Below are positions 9,997-21,285 of a stretch of DNA of 64,000 nucleotides, piece after piece. Every line of letters starts with the position of its first letter. Position 1 is the first letter of the stretch. The DNA is from a virus. The position numbers and the translations under genes are program-made. The stretch covers positions 64,001-128,000 of the IMG/VR virus record IMGVR_UViG_3300005676_000020, one strand, 5' to 3'. A model generated the notes under the pieces. It saw only the letters and a list, made by a program, of their open reading frames with translations. It did no database searches and was not told the DNA's origin.

Positions 9997-11460
9997 TTAT
10001 TTCTTCATGTTGAATCCGGCAGAATTCATAGCTGCTACAAACTTAGGAACGGTCAAGGCCTCTTCGTTCTGGAATATCTCCCTGGCAGCAGATACAAGAC
10101 GTTCTGCAGCACTTGGAGCTTTACCTTTCAGAGTAGCCACTTCCATCTGCTTTTTGTAGGACCGGATAGAGTTTATGATATCCTGGCAGGTGACCTTGTT
10201 AGAACCTGAATAGATAAGATGGCTTTTAACCCTGTCGAGGATTTCAGCAATGAAAGCAGGAACAATCTTCTCCTCTTCCATAATCTTAGCCGCAGGCATA
10301 CAATCATCAACCAGCAGGGATTGCTTGTTTTCGTCCAACAGGCTTCTTTCAATCATCTTTTTAGCAGTCTCGGCATCCGGGTGTGTCAGCGTGACAATGG
10401 TACCAATCCTCTTACCTCTTAAGAAGGTAGGGTCGATTTGCTCTATATGATTGGTAGTCAATATAGTTATCACGTTGTTGTGCTTGGTTTCGCCACCGTC
10501 CATAATCACAGAAATCTGGTTTGTCAGGTCTGTTCTTTCGTTCAGAATCCTGTCAATGTCTTCCATGAAGATGACCACTCCCTTACCGTTGTTGCTGAGC
10601 ATATTGGCTACGTCCAGTGCATACAGCGCCTTTTCAGGTGTTGGGCAGTAGACGAAAGACCATCCGTTAAGAACGGCTTTTCTCGCCAACTTAAAGGCGT
10701 ACAGGGTTTTACCGGTTCCGAAGGTACCTTCCAACAGAACGCCAAAACGAAGGTCAATACCTTTCATTTTGCAACGCTCACTGTGTTCAATCCTCGCCTC
10801 AATGGCTTTGGTAGAGAACACGGCGTCCGGTGTAAGGAAAAGCTCCTGACGGTCGATACTGCTCAGGTCGATGAACTGGGGAGACCTTTCTTCGTCGGTT
10901 ATCTTGATAGCCTGGCCCTTGTAGATAGAATCGGTTTCTACCAGTTGCTGGGTTTCTTCGATGATGCGGTCCATCAATCTCACAAACCTTTTCTCGCACT
11001 GACCTGTGAGAAGGAACATTCTTGTCTTAGGGTCGTACTGCATGTCGATGAAAGAATCCTTTCCCAGAGAGGGCAGGTTTATCTGGCCAAACGGAACCTT
11101 CTTGCGGCTACCGTCAGCAAATCTTACGTCTATCATAGACGGCGGATTCGTTCCGGAGATGTTCTTCTCATCCTCCTGTGTGGTGAATCCATGGATGCTT
11201 TCCACGGCCCGGCTAAGAGCATACGCTCCGTCCTCTTTAAAGCATTTGATTTTGTAGTTGAATGCTACAATCCTGGTGGACTCTTTAATCTCGTTCTGAA
11301 CATATTTCAGAATCTCGTCATAGGATTTGTCAGGGTCTTCCAAAACCTTCTGGAGTTTTTCTTTCATCTCCTGGTCGGCTTTGTTGTAATGTTTTAAGGA
11401 CTTCTTTTTCCTTACGGCAACTTCATTTTGTTGCATCGGCTTTTCTAAAGCGTTACTCAT
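9997..11460 (-). CDS. AAA+ ATPase
   Basis: Walker A GTFGTGKT, Walker B VIFMEDID, sensor/SRH TTNH...DPTFLRGKRI. Confidence 0.85.
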   Translation of the reverse strand: MSNALEKPMQQNEVAVRKKKSLKHYNKADQEMKEKLQKVLEDPDKSYDEILKYVQNEIKESTRIVAFNYKIKCFKEDGAYALSRAVESIHGFTTQEDEKNISGTNPPSMIDVRFADGSRKKVPFGQINLPSLGKDSFIDMQYDPKTRMFLLTGQCEKRFVRLMDRIIEETQQLVETDSIYKGQAIKITDEERSPQFIDLSSIDRQELFLTPDAVFSTKAIEARIEHSERCKMKGIDLRFGVLLEGTFGTGKTLYAFKLARKAVLNGWSFVYCPTPEKALYALDVANMLSNNGKGVVIFMEDIDRILNERTDLTNQISVIMDGGETKHNNVITILTTNHIEQIDPTFLRGKRIGTIVTLTHPDAETAKKMIERSLLDENKQSLLVDDCMPAAKIMEEEKIVPAFIAEILDRVKSHLIYSGSNKVTCQDIINSIRSYKKQMEVATLKGKAPSAAERLVSAAREIFQNEEALTVPKFVAAMNSAGFNMKK

Positions 11461-12739
11461 CTGTTTAAGAGTTTGGTTACTTCTATGAATTTTCTGTCAA
11501 ACTGGGTAATTGTCTCTTTAAGACACCCTATGTGAACGAAATGTGAATCCTGCCACATATGGCAGGGCTCGTTCGTGTCACCTCTTATACCGACAACCAG
11601 CTTTTGGCTGCGGTCTAGCATAAACTCCTGGATTTTGGAAAAAAGGACTATCGTCTTTTTTGCAGGACACTCCAGGGTAGAACCTGAGGCTATGACCGCC
11701 TCCCCTCCGAAATTAAACATCATCGCCTTCGCCCTCCGTTCTTTCCTTTAAGCTTTTGAGGAGTTTCCGGTACAGAATCTGATGAAGGCTTTCAAAGTCG
11801 TCTACGACTTCAGCCTCTAACAGCTCAAAAGCCTGTGATATAGGATTGTTGTAGTCTTCCTCGTGAGCGGATAACGTCTTTGCAAATATAAAGCCGGCGG
11901 TATACGTCATCTTATGGTCGTTTCCGTACTTTTCAAAGATTTTCTCAGAAACGTCACGGACGTCGGGATGGAGAGCAGACCATGCAGAAAAGCTGGCAAT
12001 CATGTCAGCTACTTCCTCTTCGGTTATGTCTCCGCCTATTGCTGGATTGTTCATCATGATTCTACGATTGTATTTCTCTGTTTCTGTATTCTCTTCATTA
12101 ACATCTCAGCTAGCTGTTCCTCATTGTCAGGGGAAGCCAGATTTTTCAATGCCACCGCCGACGCCATAAGACCTTTTTGGTTGGAGTCGTATTCGGTTGA
12201 CAGTTTCCCGAAAAGCAACAAGACCATCTCCTTTACGTTTTGCTGGTCCTTATAAGTCTCTTGGATGTAAGATATTAAAGAGGAGTCATCGCAATGCTCT
12301 TTACTGGTTATCTTGAAAGCGGCATGAGCACAGAAGTCAGCCATGATTCTAAAGCTTTCCTCTTCAGACACTCCGAACAGTTCTGAGATTGCCCTTTTGT
12401 TGTGAAATTTCATGTTCATAGCTTTTCCTTTGTCACTATGTGAAAGAAGTTCTGGAGTTCGTGGGCTTCGGTAAAGACAACAGATGGTAACTTAGTGTAA
12501 CTGAAACCCTTAACTTTCAGATTGTCATCCGTCACAGACTGCAGCGAGAAGCCGGTAGTCTTATGTGTCCATACACCTTGATGATGTATGAACCCGAGAC
12601 GGTCCTCGAGGAATTCGGAAGTTATGGGCATGGGTTTCGCATTGGGTACCCTTCCTGCATGTATCTCGAACACCTCATGATTGTTTACTCGTCTGGGTAC
12701 ACCGTACCACCTGACGAAATTACCCTTTATCAGCTCCAT
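11457..12739 (-). CDS. Four hypothetical proteins (11457-11723, 11713-12057, 12054-12419, 12416-12739)
   Basis: Translationally coupled ORFs. Confidence 0.55.
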
Positions 12740-13091
12740 TTTCTTCTAGTTGATTTAAAATGTCATCCACTATCTGCTGGATTTCATTGCTGTCCGGCTC
12801 ATCTGGGGAGAAGGTGAACAACTTCATCACCAGTCCGGCGACAATAGCTGAAGCTCCTACCAAAAAGAATGCCTGAACCAGAGATTCCAGTAGTCCTGTA
12901 GACGGCCTGAGTAATGTATATCCTATTGCAAACCAATGAGATATGCAGTAAGGACATGAAAACAAACTACCGAGCCATCTGGATTTCAGGCGTATCCAAC
13001 GTCTCGGCTTTACAAATATTTTCCCTTTGGTAAGGGTGAGTGATGCCGCTGCGATAGCAACCGGCACCACCACCATGTTTATGTATTCCAT
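12720..13091 (-). CDS. DUF1360-like membrane protein
   Basis: Hydrophobic segments and an LFSCPYCISHW motif. Confidence 0.65.
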   Translation of the reverse strand: MEYINMVVVPVAIAAASLTLTKGKIFVKPRRWIRLKSRWLGSLFSCPYCISHWFAIGYTLLRPSTGLLESLVQAFFLVGASAIVAGLVMKLFTFSPDEPDSNEIQQIVDDILNQLEENGADKG

Positions 13092-13279
13092 TAGCAGCCG
13101 CAGTTATCTTTACTGGCCTTTTTTAGTTCCCTCACCCGGTTCTCTACCTCTTTAAGTAGCGACTCAGTAGAGGATCTTTTCTTCTTTTTCATTGGAGTCG
13201 CATCGCTTTTAACGGAACCTTCTGGGTTTAACCCTTTGTCAGGGGGGTTAGTACCCTGCTTTTTCTTTTGCCCAAACAT
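13091..13279 (-). CDS. Small basic protein ending in NCGC
   Basis: 62 aa ORF overlapping the ARC-like ATPase stop. Confidence 0.55.
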   Translation of the reverse strand: MFGQKKKQGTNPPDKGLNPEGSVKSDATPMKKKKRSSTESLLKEVENRVRELKKASKDNCGC

Positions 13280-14849
13280 TATTTAAAGGTTTTTCTTCGT
13301 GTTTAGCCTCGTCGTCTCTTTCCATCATCTTTTGGATGGCGTTTTCGACGTCTGCTGCACTGACACCAAGCGGCTTTTTGTTAGATTTCAGGTCTCTCCG
13401 GATAGCCTCCGAAATCGCCTGGTCAACTAAACCTGCTATCATGGCGCCACTCACAGAATCTTTAAGGCTTGTACTAAATACCATCTCAGCGATGAATTCT
13501 GCCAGCTCCTCATTTTTATCATCCTGGACTTTGGTAGTTTTCAGGTTGATAAGAGCAATGTCTTTAACAGCTGGCTTATCAGGCCTTGCAACCTTTATCT
13601 TGACGTTAATTCTTCCGTCCCTGGTTACTGCCGGGTCAAGAACATCCGCTCGGTTAGTGGCCAAAATGATGAACGCAGAGGAATCTACAAGACCGTCCAT
13701 CTCGGTAAGAAACATCGGCACGATTGTCTTGTCAACGTCAGAAGAAATACCAGTACCTCTCTTGGAGAGGATTGCATCTGCTTCGTCAATAAAGATGGTA
13801 GCAGGGAATCCGGTATCTTCTTTATATTTCCTAGCCCTTTCGAATATCTGGCGGATAGTCTGTTCAGTAACGCCTACGTAAGGGTTCAGTATCTCAGGAC
13901 CCTTTACGTATATAAAGCCACTTTCCGTCAAATTACCGCCATATATTTTGGCCAAGGATGTTGCCACGGCCTTTGCCAAAAGGGTCTTACCGCAGCCCGG
14001 AGGGCCGTACAGAAGGATACCTTTAGCTGGCTTTTTATTGTAAAATTTGAATACTTCAGGTTTAGAGTGAGGAAGTTCGACCATTTCTTTTACCACTTCC
14101 TTGGTTCCTTCAAGACCACCAATCTGTTCCCACTCAACATTCATGGAAGTTTCCACGGTAAAGTCAGTGGTTTTCTGCTTGTTGTTCTTTACAACAATGT
14201 TACCAGACGGGTCAAGAACTACATGGTCTCCTTTCTCAATGGCTTCTACCTTACCTACGAACACTACCCGGGTACGGTCACCTTCGGAGATTTCACAGTA
14301 GCCACCGTCAAGGACTTCCTTGACCACGGCATTCTGACCGTATGGTACAGTGTTTGCAGAGCCTACTACAGCTCCGAATCCGTTAAGGATAACAGTCTCT
14401 CCTTCCTTAACTTCTATGTCGTAAGGTTTTAAAACCTCCTTCAAGGTGCCTCCAGACGAAATGGTTATAGTTTCGACACCTTCCGTTTTAGGCGTTTCAA
14501 GCCTTAAATCGGAGATATGTACGTCCACAGTACCCCCCTGAACAGGGAGTATCCTGACAGTCTCTCTGTCTATTACGTTACGTACTTTTGCGTTCGGATA
14601 GAACAATCCGTACTTTTCCAGGCTGGCAGCGGCCACCTTTACAGAAGTCCCTTTCTTAAAGTCTTCGATTTCCGGGGGGACTTCCCGGGATATTTTGTTC
14701 CCGGTCTTGATTACCACTCCATACGAAAGTGGTACTCCGGTCAACTGTTCAACTTGCTCCTGCAGTTCGCGGTTCTCCTGCTCTAAAGCAAGAATTTCTG
14801 ATTTCAATCTGTCTAACAGACGTGCTTCTCTTTCTGGTGTCATTTCCAT
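13248..14849 (-). CDS. ARC/Mpa-like (proteasome-ATPase family) AAA+ unfoldase
   Basis: N-terminal coiled coil ending QLTGVPLSYGVV, beta-rich OB-like interdomain, GPPGCGKT, VKGPEILNPYVG, IFIDEAD, RGTGISSDVDKTIVP, DPAVTRDGR and SGAMI. Confidence 0.8.
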   Translation of the reverse strand: MEMTPEREARLLDRLKSEILALEQENRELQEQVEQLTGVPLSYGVVIKTGNKISREVPPEIEDFKKGTSVKVAAASLEKYGLFYPNAKVRNVIDRETVRILPVQGGTVDVHISDLRLETPKTEGVETITISSGGTLKEVLKPYDIEVKEGETVILNGFGAVVGSANTVPYGQNAVVKEVLDGGYCEISEGDRTRVVFVGKVEAIEKGDHVVLDPSGNIVVKNNKQKTTDFTVETSMNVEWEQIGGLEGTKEVVKEMVELPHSKPEVFKFYNKKPAKGILLYGPPGCGKTLLAKAVATSLAKIYGGNLTESGFIYVKGPEILNPYVGVTEQTIRQIFERARKYKEDTGFPATIFIDEADAILSKRGTGISSDVDKTIVPMFLTEMDGLVDSSAFIILATNRADVLDPAVTRDGRINVKIKVARPDKPAVKDIALINLKTTKVQDDKNEELAEFIAEMVFSTSLKDSVSGAMIAGLVDQAISEAIRRDLKSNKKPLGVSAADVENAIQKMMERDDEAKHEEKPLNNVWAKEKAGY

Positions 14850-17800
14850 TTCAGTTTATTATTGTTCGGATAAAACCCCACACCAAACCATGGTAGGTTG
14901 AAGTTCTGGAAGTTGTTTCTCCATTTTATCTGAATCTTGAACTTGCACAGTCCTAACGGGACTGAGATTATGATATGGTCTCTACCTGGTTGGTTTTTGG
15001 TCATGAACTCGTGAACCCAGGTCTGATTGTACTTACCGCAAGGACATTTCATTCCTTCCTTGGTAGGTATCAATATTTGCGATTTCTCGCAGCCGGCTCT
15101 GCCACAGGTGAACGGATGGATGTCCGTCCTTTTCTGGAACCTTCTAAGATTCTTCAGTTCCTTTTCCGTAAAAGGCGCTTTCCTTGTTTCCGACATTCTG
15201 TAAGTTTTTGAGGTCTTCTAAGGTCAGTTCTTTAGTTTCACCTGACAGAACCAGTTTTCCTCTCCTCACATCTTCGTCGAAGGTGATTATCAGTGGAGGA
15301 GCATCTTCCGGTGAGTTCTCAGCTATTACCGCCTGTTCGGACAGATAAGCCATAATTTCCTCGGGAGAAGGGGGTTTGAGAGCTTTAAGTCCAACTCCGT
15401 CTTCTACCCCGGACCTGTTGAGAAGCTCATTCAACAGGTTATCATCGAATACGCCAAGGAACTCTTCGTTAGTGTCAATTAACGCTACCGTCGGCAGCTC
15501 CCACTTTTCCAGCTGTTCCTGGTTTCCTATCCGCATTTCCGCCTTTCCGAACCTCATACGGATATAGAAGAATTCGCCTGTATCAAGGCGCCCCTGGTAT
15601 TGTTCAGGAAGGGCCTCGCAGGTCTTTTTTGCTTCAACTATCTTCTTCATCTTTACCACTTATTGCTTTTCTGATAAGCTCTTCAGCTTGTTTCTGTTTC
15701 CGATGCTCAGCAAACTCCTTTCTAACTATTTCTTTGAGTTCTTCTTTGGTGTTTGCCGAGTTTCCTATCAGCCCGATTATCTGCTCGACGTCGCATTGGC
15801 TGATTTTACCTCTTTCATACAGATTGTAGTCTGCCTGTATTTTTCCCATTACGTATATGGCATAGTCTCTTTCAGCTCCTTGGTACAGGGCGGCCATGTC
15901 GTTTACGTATTTGTTGGCACTGACAGTCTTCTCTGTATGCATTCTCATAGCCAGTTCAGATATAAGCTCGGCAAATATCTCAACGGCCCTATCTGCGGGT
16001 ATGTCAAACGCTATGTTCATCCGTCAAAGTTTTTGTATTAAGGCATAGTTGTACATGGCAAGAATCGAGAAACACATGATGGCATCTATTAAAACCCATA
16101 TAGTTTTGAACCTTCTGAGCGACTTTATTACGAAAAGCCCTTGCGTCACCGAAACAAATATTATAGACAATACTGCCCAGATATCTGAGCCAAAGAACGC
16201 AAGGAATATCCAACCTACGTAGGTTACCTGACATACTATTATGTATTCTATGAAACCATTTCGCTTGTCTCCTTCTCTCAGATATTCCACCGTCAGCTCT
16301 TTTAGCACCCCTATTTTCTTGTAGTGAATCATGCAGACAACTTCATAAACCATCATCCAAAGAGTCAGGGTGATCATTAGTACGTTGTAGAACATGTTAA
16401 AATTTTGAAAACCAGAGAAGCTTTCTTATTCGGCTTTTCCGGTGGTTAAAATATAGGTTCTTTTTAAACCTCATCTCGCTGCGGCTTGATGGACTCTCCT
16501 GAAAGACGTATTGTGACTTTGTGATCCTTTCGTAAGCCGTCTTCAGGAGAATCTCTTTCAGCCTTACCTCATCATGAGGCTTCATATTACTGCAGGAATT
16601 TTTGCAAGGTTAGCTATCCGCGGCCGGTTGAAGTACGAAACCCAGGCAGAAGTCCGGAATTCCTTCATTGACGGTCCGTCAGCAGCGACTTTTAGGAGCT
16701 TTCTCATTGAGAACTTCCGTGCTGTTTCATAACAAGGACGGCTGTCGCTATGCAGGCGGATTTCGGTTGATGTCAGAACAGTCTTTCCGTCTTCAGTGGT
16801 CAACAAACAGACTGTAGTGTGGGGAGGACGGTTCTTTTTTCTTGTCTTACCATCCTTCATTGTCGGGAAGATATACCGCCATTTAATCTGGTAGGTTCTC
16901 CCGTTGAATTCAAATTTCATCGTCTTTTCTTTTTTTTACGATTAATGAATCAATTACTTCTTCTACGATCTCATCGTAAGGTACTTTTCCTTCCGACGCT
17001 TTGCTTACCGCCGTGCGGAGCAGGGCGAAGCATTTTTCCAAGACCATTTCGAATAAAGGGTCCTTTTCCAGCTCAGGTACTTGAGCCAGTATTTTCTTTC
17101 TTATCAGAGCAATGTAGTAGCCCTTCTTCTTTTCGATAGAAAGGTACTGATCCACGGCCCAGTCTCTACTTTCTTCAAGACTTTCCAGTACATCAAAGTA
17201 ATCTCCAGGATGGCTCATTGTCGCCCTGAATATCTCTTTGATTTTTAGCTTTATGCTTACCCGGAGCTTTTGGTTCTTGCTAACTTCCTCTCTTACAAAG
17301 ACGGAGTCCTGTCCGGGAAATGTTCCATACAAAGATTCAACTTGTTCACACACTTTTTTGTATAAAAGGAGCTTGTTTTCTTTGGTTGTAAAGTCAGCCA
17401 TTTCCAATTTTTTAAAGGGCCCCTTTCGAGGCCCCTAAGGTTATACTACAAGGCGATCTCACGACGGCGTTTCCGTTTTTCGGCAAGGGTTCTACCCCTC
17501 ACTTGGAAACCGCTTATTGCTTCAACCAGTATCGTTGTCGATGCTCGAAACAGCATCGTAATATGTTTCTTCCGGCGTAACTCCTTCATTGACAGACTTT
17601 CTGATAACTTCATTCTTGTCGTTGAGTACGAGCCACCGGTATTTTCCCTGGTTCTTTTTTACGATGATATAGTGATCACGGTAAAAGTACTTTTGATTGA
17701 GTTTTATTTCCATGTCTTTTACGTTTGCTGAGTATCCTGACAGCGACCACAGATTGATTGGAAGGGACTAAAAGATTTCTGGTTCGTACGATACCCTCTA

Positions 17801-18795
17801 TGCCCTCGTCAATTTTCTCGAGGTACAGCTCACGGTGTTTTTCGTCAAACTTACCAATCTCTATGTCCTGTACCTTCTCAAGGTAATGTGTGATTTGCTT
17901 AGTCCATTTCTGTACGGTACTCAGATTTTCTTTTACAACTTGTTCCATCTTATTGATTTGCAGGCATTTGCATCGGTATTTCCGGTGCGGCCATTTTTTC
18001 AGATGTATAGAAAGGATGTTGTCCGGTTAGCATTTCCCCGGTAGCGTCAAGGACGATTTCGGCTTGGCCGTTAGTGTCCAGGAATACGTCAGCTCCATAG
18101 TATAGCACACCAGGGAATTCCTCGCTTTCTTTTACGTCAAAGAAAGGGTCTTCCTTTGGCCCGAAATATCTCAGGAACTGCATCTGTGAAGAGCCTTTAG
18201 CCCCTACGAGCAAGGCCCTTCGGCATTCTAAATGTTTTTTCATTTCTTCGGTATTGATTTACTCTCCGTTCTATGTTCCACATGCTTGACCAGAGTATCA
18301 GGTTCACAGTAGTATGACCGAAAGGCTTTCCTGTAATGATTTCCAGTATTAGCAGTCCAAGCTGTGTTATTGCAACAGCTGCCGGTGCCCACCAGAGATA
18401 CTTCTTGAGGGTTACCAAGGATATCACCGCTGTCAGTATGAACAGGGTGGACATCAGGCTGATTATAGTTGTTATATGCATTATAGTCTTTCGATTATTA
18501 TGTTATTTCTGGCAAATTTTTTGAATTTGCAGAACCAATAGTATGACGGTATATCAAAGAACCATAGCCAATTCACAAGGTCTCTCTTTTTGGAACGGTG
18601 GATAAAGGAGAATCTCTCGAAGGGTTCTACGTTCCATATCACGGACGCTCCTTCAGGAGATGCGTGGAAGGTATCGAAGCCCATCTCCCGTTCCCCTCTC
18701 TTTAGTCCTGCAAACACTTTAGAGTAGTGGCGAGACCTGTAGATACTAACAAGGTTTATCGCAATCATGACGATTGCCGGTATTATGTCTTGCAT
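14840..18795 (-). CDS. Run of about 12 short hypothetical proteins, some membrane (16024-16395, 18197-18481)
   Basis: Dense abutting minus-strand ORFs with no recognisable motifs. Confidence 0.5.
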
Positions 18796-19048
18796 AGTGT
18801 TCAGCGTTTTTTTCGTTTATGTATTTTTCGGCCATACGTTCCCTTTCGTCAATGTCTGAATCAAGTTCAGAAAAGCAACCTTCTTCGTACCAGTGGTTGA
18901 ACTCACCGTCTTGCGTTTCCTGGAGCATCCAGTAGGTAAATCCTTCATGTTTAGCGGTTCTTATTCCTGTATAGATTGAACCTACCTCCAGCTTTGGAGA
19001 TCTGGGGTCAGTGCTTGTAGGCAGCCTGACGCATAATAGTTTCTTCAT
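18746..19048 (-). CDS. Hypothetical protein, paralog of 2007-2366 (probable start MKKLLCVR)
   Basis: Shared motif pattern; the ORF-track upstream extension overlaps the next gene. Confidence 0.5.
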   Translation of the reverse strand: MKKLLCVRLPTSTDPRSPKLEVGSIYTGIRTAKHEGFTYWMLQETQDGEFNHWYEEGCFSELDSDIDERERMAEKYINEKNAEHYARHNTGNRHDCDKPC

Positions 19049-19355
19049 TACCTGTCCATTTTGAAATTTCTTTAAATCCAGCCTTTTCGACGCGGTACAC
19101 CACTGAGTTTTTAGTGTCCACGATGACATCCCAAACAGATGTACTTCTATAACGACCTCTGTCGTCAGCAGGCTGTACAAACACACTCTGAAACCACGGT
19201 TGGTCTATGGAATTGGTGAGTTGGTAAGCTTCGTCCAAGGTTTGAGCAGCTGAGGCTATGCCAACATAGACATAGTCTTCCGGCCAAACCGGTTCTGTGC
19301 CGTAGCCAAAACCTCCCTTACCAGAAGTGGGGTCATGATGATATACTCTAAACAT
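19008..19355 (-). CDS. YodL-like domain protein
   Basis: LDEAYQLTN...RSTSVWDVIV...YRVEKAGF resembles the YodL RSLSVSD...GF pattern. Confidence 0.55.
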   Translation of the reverse strand: MFRVYHHDPTSGKGGFGYGTEPVWPEDYVYVGIASAAQTLDEAYQLTNSIDQPWFQSVFVQPADDRGRYRSTSVWDVIVDTKNSVVYRVEKAGFKEISKWTGNEETIMRQAAYKH

Positions 19356-19356
19356 A

Positions 19357-20061
19357 TTATCTGCTTATTAGAAGTTGAAGTTTGTCCATGTCTAAGAAAC
19401 AGCTCTTGGCCCCATACAGGTTTCTGTACTCATCAGCCAAAGCGGTCATGTCCGTATTCTTCATAAAGGTTTCCACTTCCTCTTTACTCTCAAAAGTCTT
19501 TATTATCAATGTATTGGCCCCTGTCAAATCTTCATTGTAGATTAGGGTACCTTCCATAAAGTGTTGTATTAACTCAGAGAGTGTAAGCTGAAGGAAATTT
19601 TTAAGAGGAAACGGCCTTGCATGTGCTCCAGGTTTGCCTGTTGGAGCTCTGAGGATTAACGCCTTATTTTTTATGGCGAACTCTACGTCCTCGAAATCTC
19701 TCATTTTTTTCATGTCTCGGTCGGTATTTATAGTCAACGGCCGCCCACATTGCAGTTAAGAGCCCAAGACTTATCATTAGTTCCATTAGTCTTCTATTTT
19801 TATCCACTTACCGGGTTTTATTCCCCAGGTAATTCTGGCGCCTTGCTGAGCCTTTAAGGCATCTTTTGTGGGTTTTCCGTTAATTGTTTTGTGTTTGTTT
19901 TGAACCATGAACCGGATGTCGTCATAGTCAATATAGCGACAGCCGTTCTGTGCTACCCTTACAGGGTATTCTGTGCCGTCTATCACGGCAGCTCTCCATT
20001 TTGGATTGTGAAGCACTTCATGTATGAAGTGATAGTTCGCTTCAACGTTAACTGTTGTCAT
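19357..20061 (-). CDS. Two hypothetical proteins (19357-19737, 19786-20061)
   Basis: ORFs on the coding strand. Confidence 0.5.
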
Positions 20062-20773
20062 TTCTCAGAGTTTTAACGATTATTACGCCATCTTCAATAG
20101 TTACATACTCATTATACGGTTCGAACAGGGCGTCTGTGAACCAGTAATGTTTGTTGGCTTTCGTTTTCACTCCGTCAAGTTTGGTGTGACCGACAATCTG
20201 CACTATACCTTCTTTTTGAAAAGGTCTGGCAGCCATCATCAGAGAACGAGGTCTTATCCAAATGCAACTCTCATTCTGAGAATCCCCGTACGGGTTCATA
20301 CCACAATGCATAAAAGCCATTGGCTTATAAAACATCATATCATTGAGAAGGTCAACCATATTTTCTGTCGTCCAACCCTCCTTTCCGAAAACATCGTTCA
20401 GAAACTTAGGAGATATGCCGGCATGAGAGAATATGATGTTTCCCATACGATAAGCTGCTTTGAGTTCAGTTTTGTACAGCCTTAGCTCTGGTTGTATCAG
20501 ATAGTATCCTACTGGTTGGAAACCGGCTATCCCAGAATCACCTACCATGTAGTGGTGATCGTGATTTCCTATAATCATTTCCGTCTCTATCCCAGACTCT
20601 TTCTTAAACTGTATTATGTCCAGGAAATTTCTTACTTGGTCTTCAGTCTCTATGTCAAAGGAGTCGAAATAGTCTCCAAGGAAAATAACTCTGTTAGGAG
20701 ACTCTTTGTTAACAACCTCTTTCCATAGCTGACGACCATGCACATCAGGTATCACCACCGTCTTATCAGTCAT
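20048..20773 (-). CDS. Calcineurin-like metallophosphoesterase
   Basis: DVHG, LGDYFD, GNHD, SHAG and VGHT motifs. Confidence 0.9.
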   Translation of the reverse strand: MTDKTVVIPDVHGRQLWKEVVNKESPNRVIFLGDYFDSFDIETEDQVRNFLDIIQFKKESGIETEMIIGNHDHHYMVGDSGIAGFQPVGYYLIQPELRLYKTELKAAYRMGNIIFSHAGISPKFLNDVFGKEGWTTENMVDLLNDMMFYKPMAFMHCGMNPYGDSQNESCIWIRPRSLMMAARPFQKEGIVQIVGHTKLDGVKTKANKHYWFTDALFEPYNEYVTIEDGVIIVKTLRNDNS

Positions 20774-21107
20774 CCACTTCCTCCTTTATCATTTTAATTC
20801 CGAACCTTTTAAGACTATCTTTCAACTTTAGCCATTGTTTCCTGTATGTTTCTAGGCGGGAGACGAAGAATCCGATTTTGACCGGATTTTCGATGACGTT
20901 TATAAAACTACCATCCACCGTTCCGGGACTTTCGAAATATACTTTCGTCACCGTCTTTTGAGCAAAGGTCTTTTTTCTGAAAAACCCTTTCGTCTCAAGT
21001 TTCTCCTCAACTTCCCATTTGGTGAGCATTATGGGCTCATCATTTTTCATGAGCATACGACCCTTGAACTCTTCAAGAGTCTTTAAAACTTTGTCTGTAG
21101 CTTCCAT
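20766..21107 (-). CDS. Hypothetical protein
   Basis: 113 aa ORF. Confidence 0.55.
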   Translation of the reverse strand: MEATDKVLKTLEEFKGRMLMKNDEPIMLTKWEVEEKLETKGFFRKKTFAQKTVTKVYFESPGTVDGSFINVIENPVKIGFFVSRLETYRKQWLKLKDSLKRFGIKMIKEEVDD

Positions 21108-21163
21108 GCTTTAAAAGTTTAAAGAAGGGGAGTTTTAGCTCCCCTCCTGTTTTTCGCCAACAA

Positions 21164-21262
21164 CTATTGAACCGTCTTGAAAAGGTACGGAGGTGTCCCC
21201 TTAGGGTTTCCAGAACAACTTGCCATTAAGGCAGGTATGATAAATAGTAATAACTTTTTCAT
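21164..21262 (-). CDS. Mini-lipoprotein (32 aa), possibly a truncated remnant
   Basis: MKKLLLFIIPALMASC-SGNPKGTPPYLFKTVQ: signal peptide II with a lipobox Cys16. Confidence 0.5.
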   Translation of the reverse strand: MKKLLLFIIPALMASCSGNPKGTPPYLFKTVQ

Positions 21263-21285
21263 ATAAGATTTTTAAGGGTGTAGAT

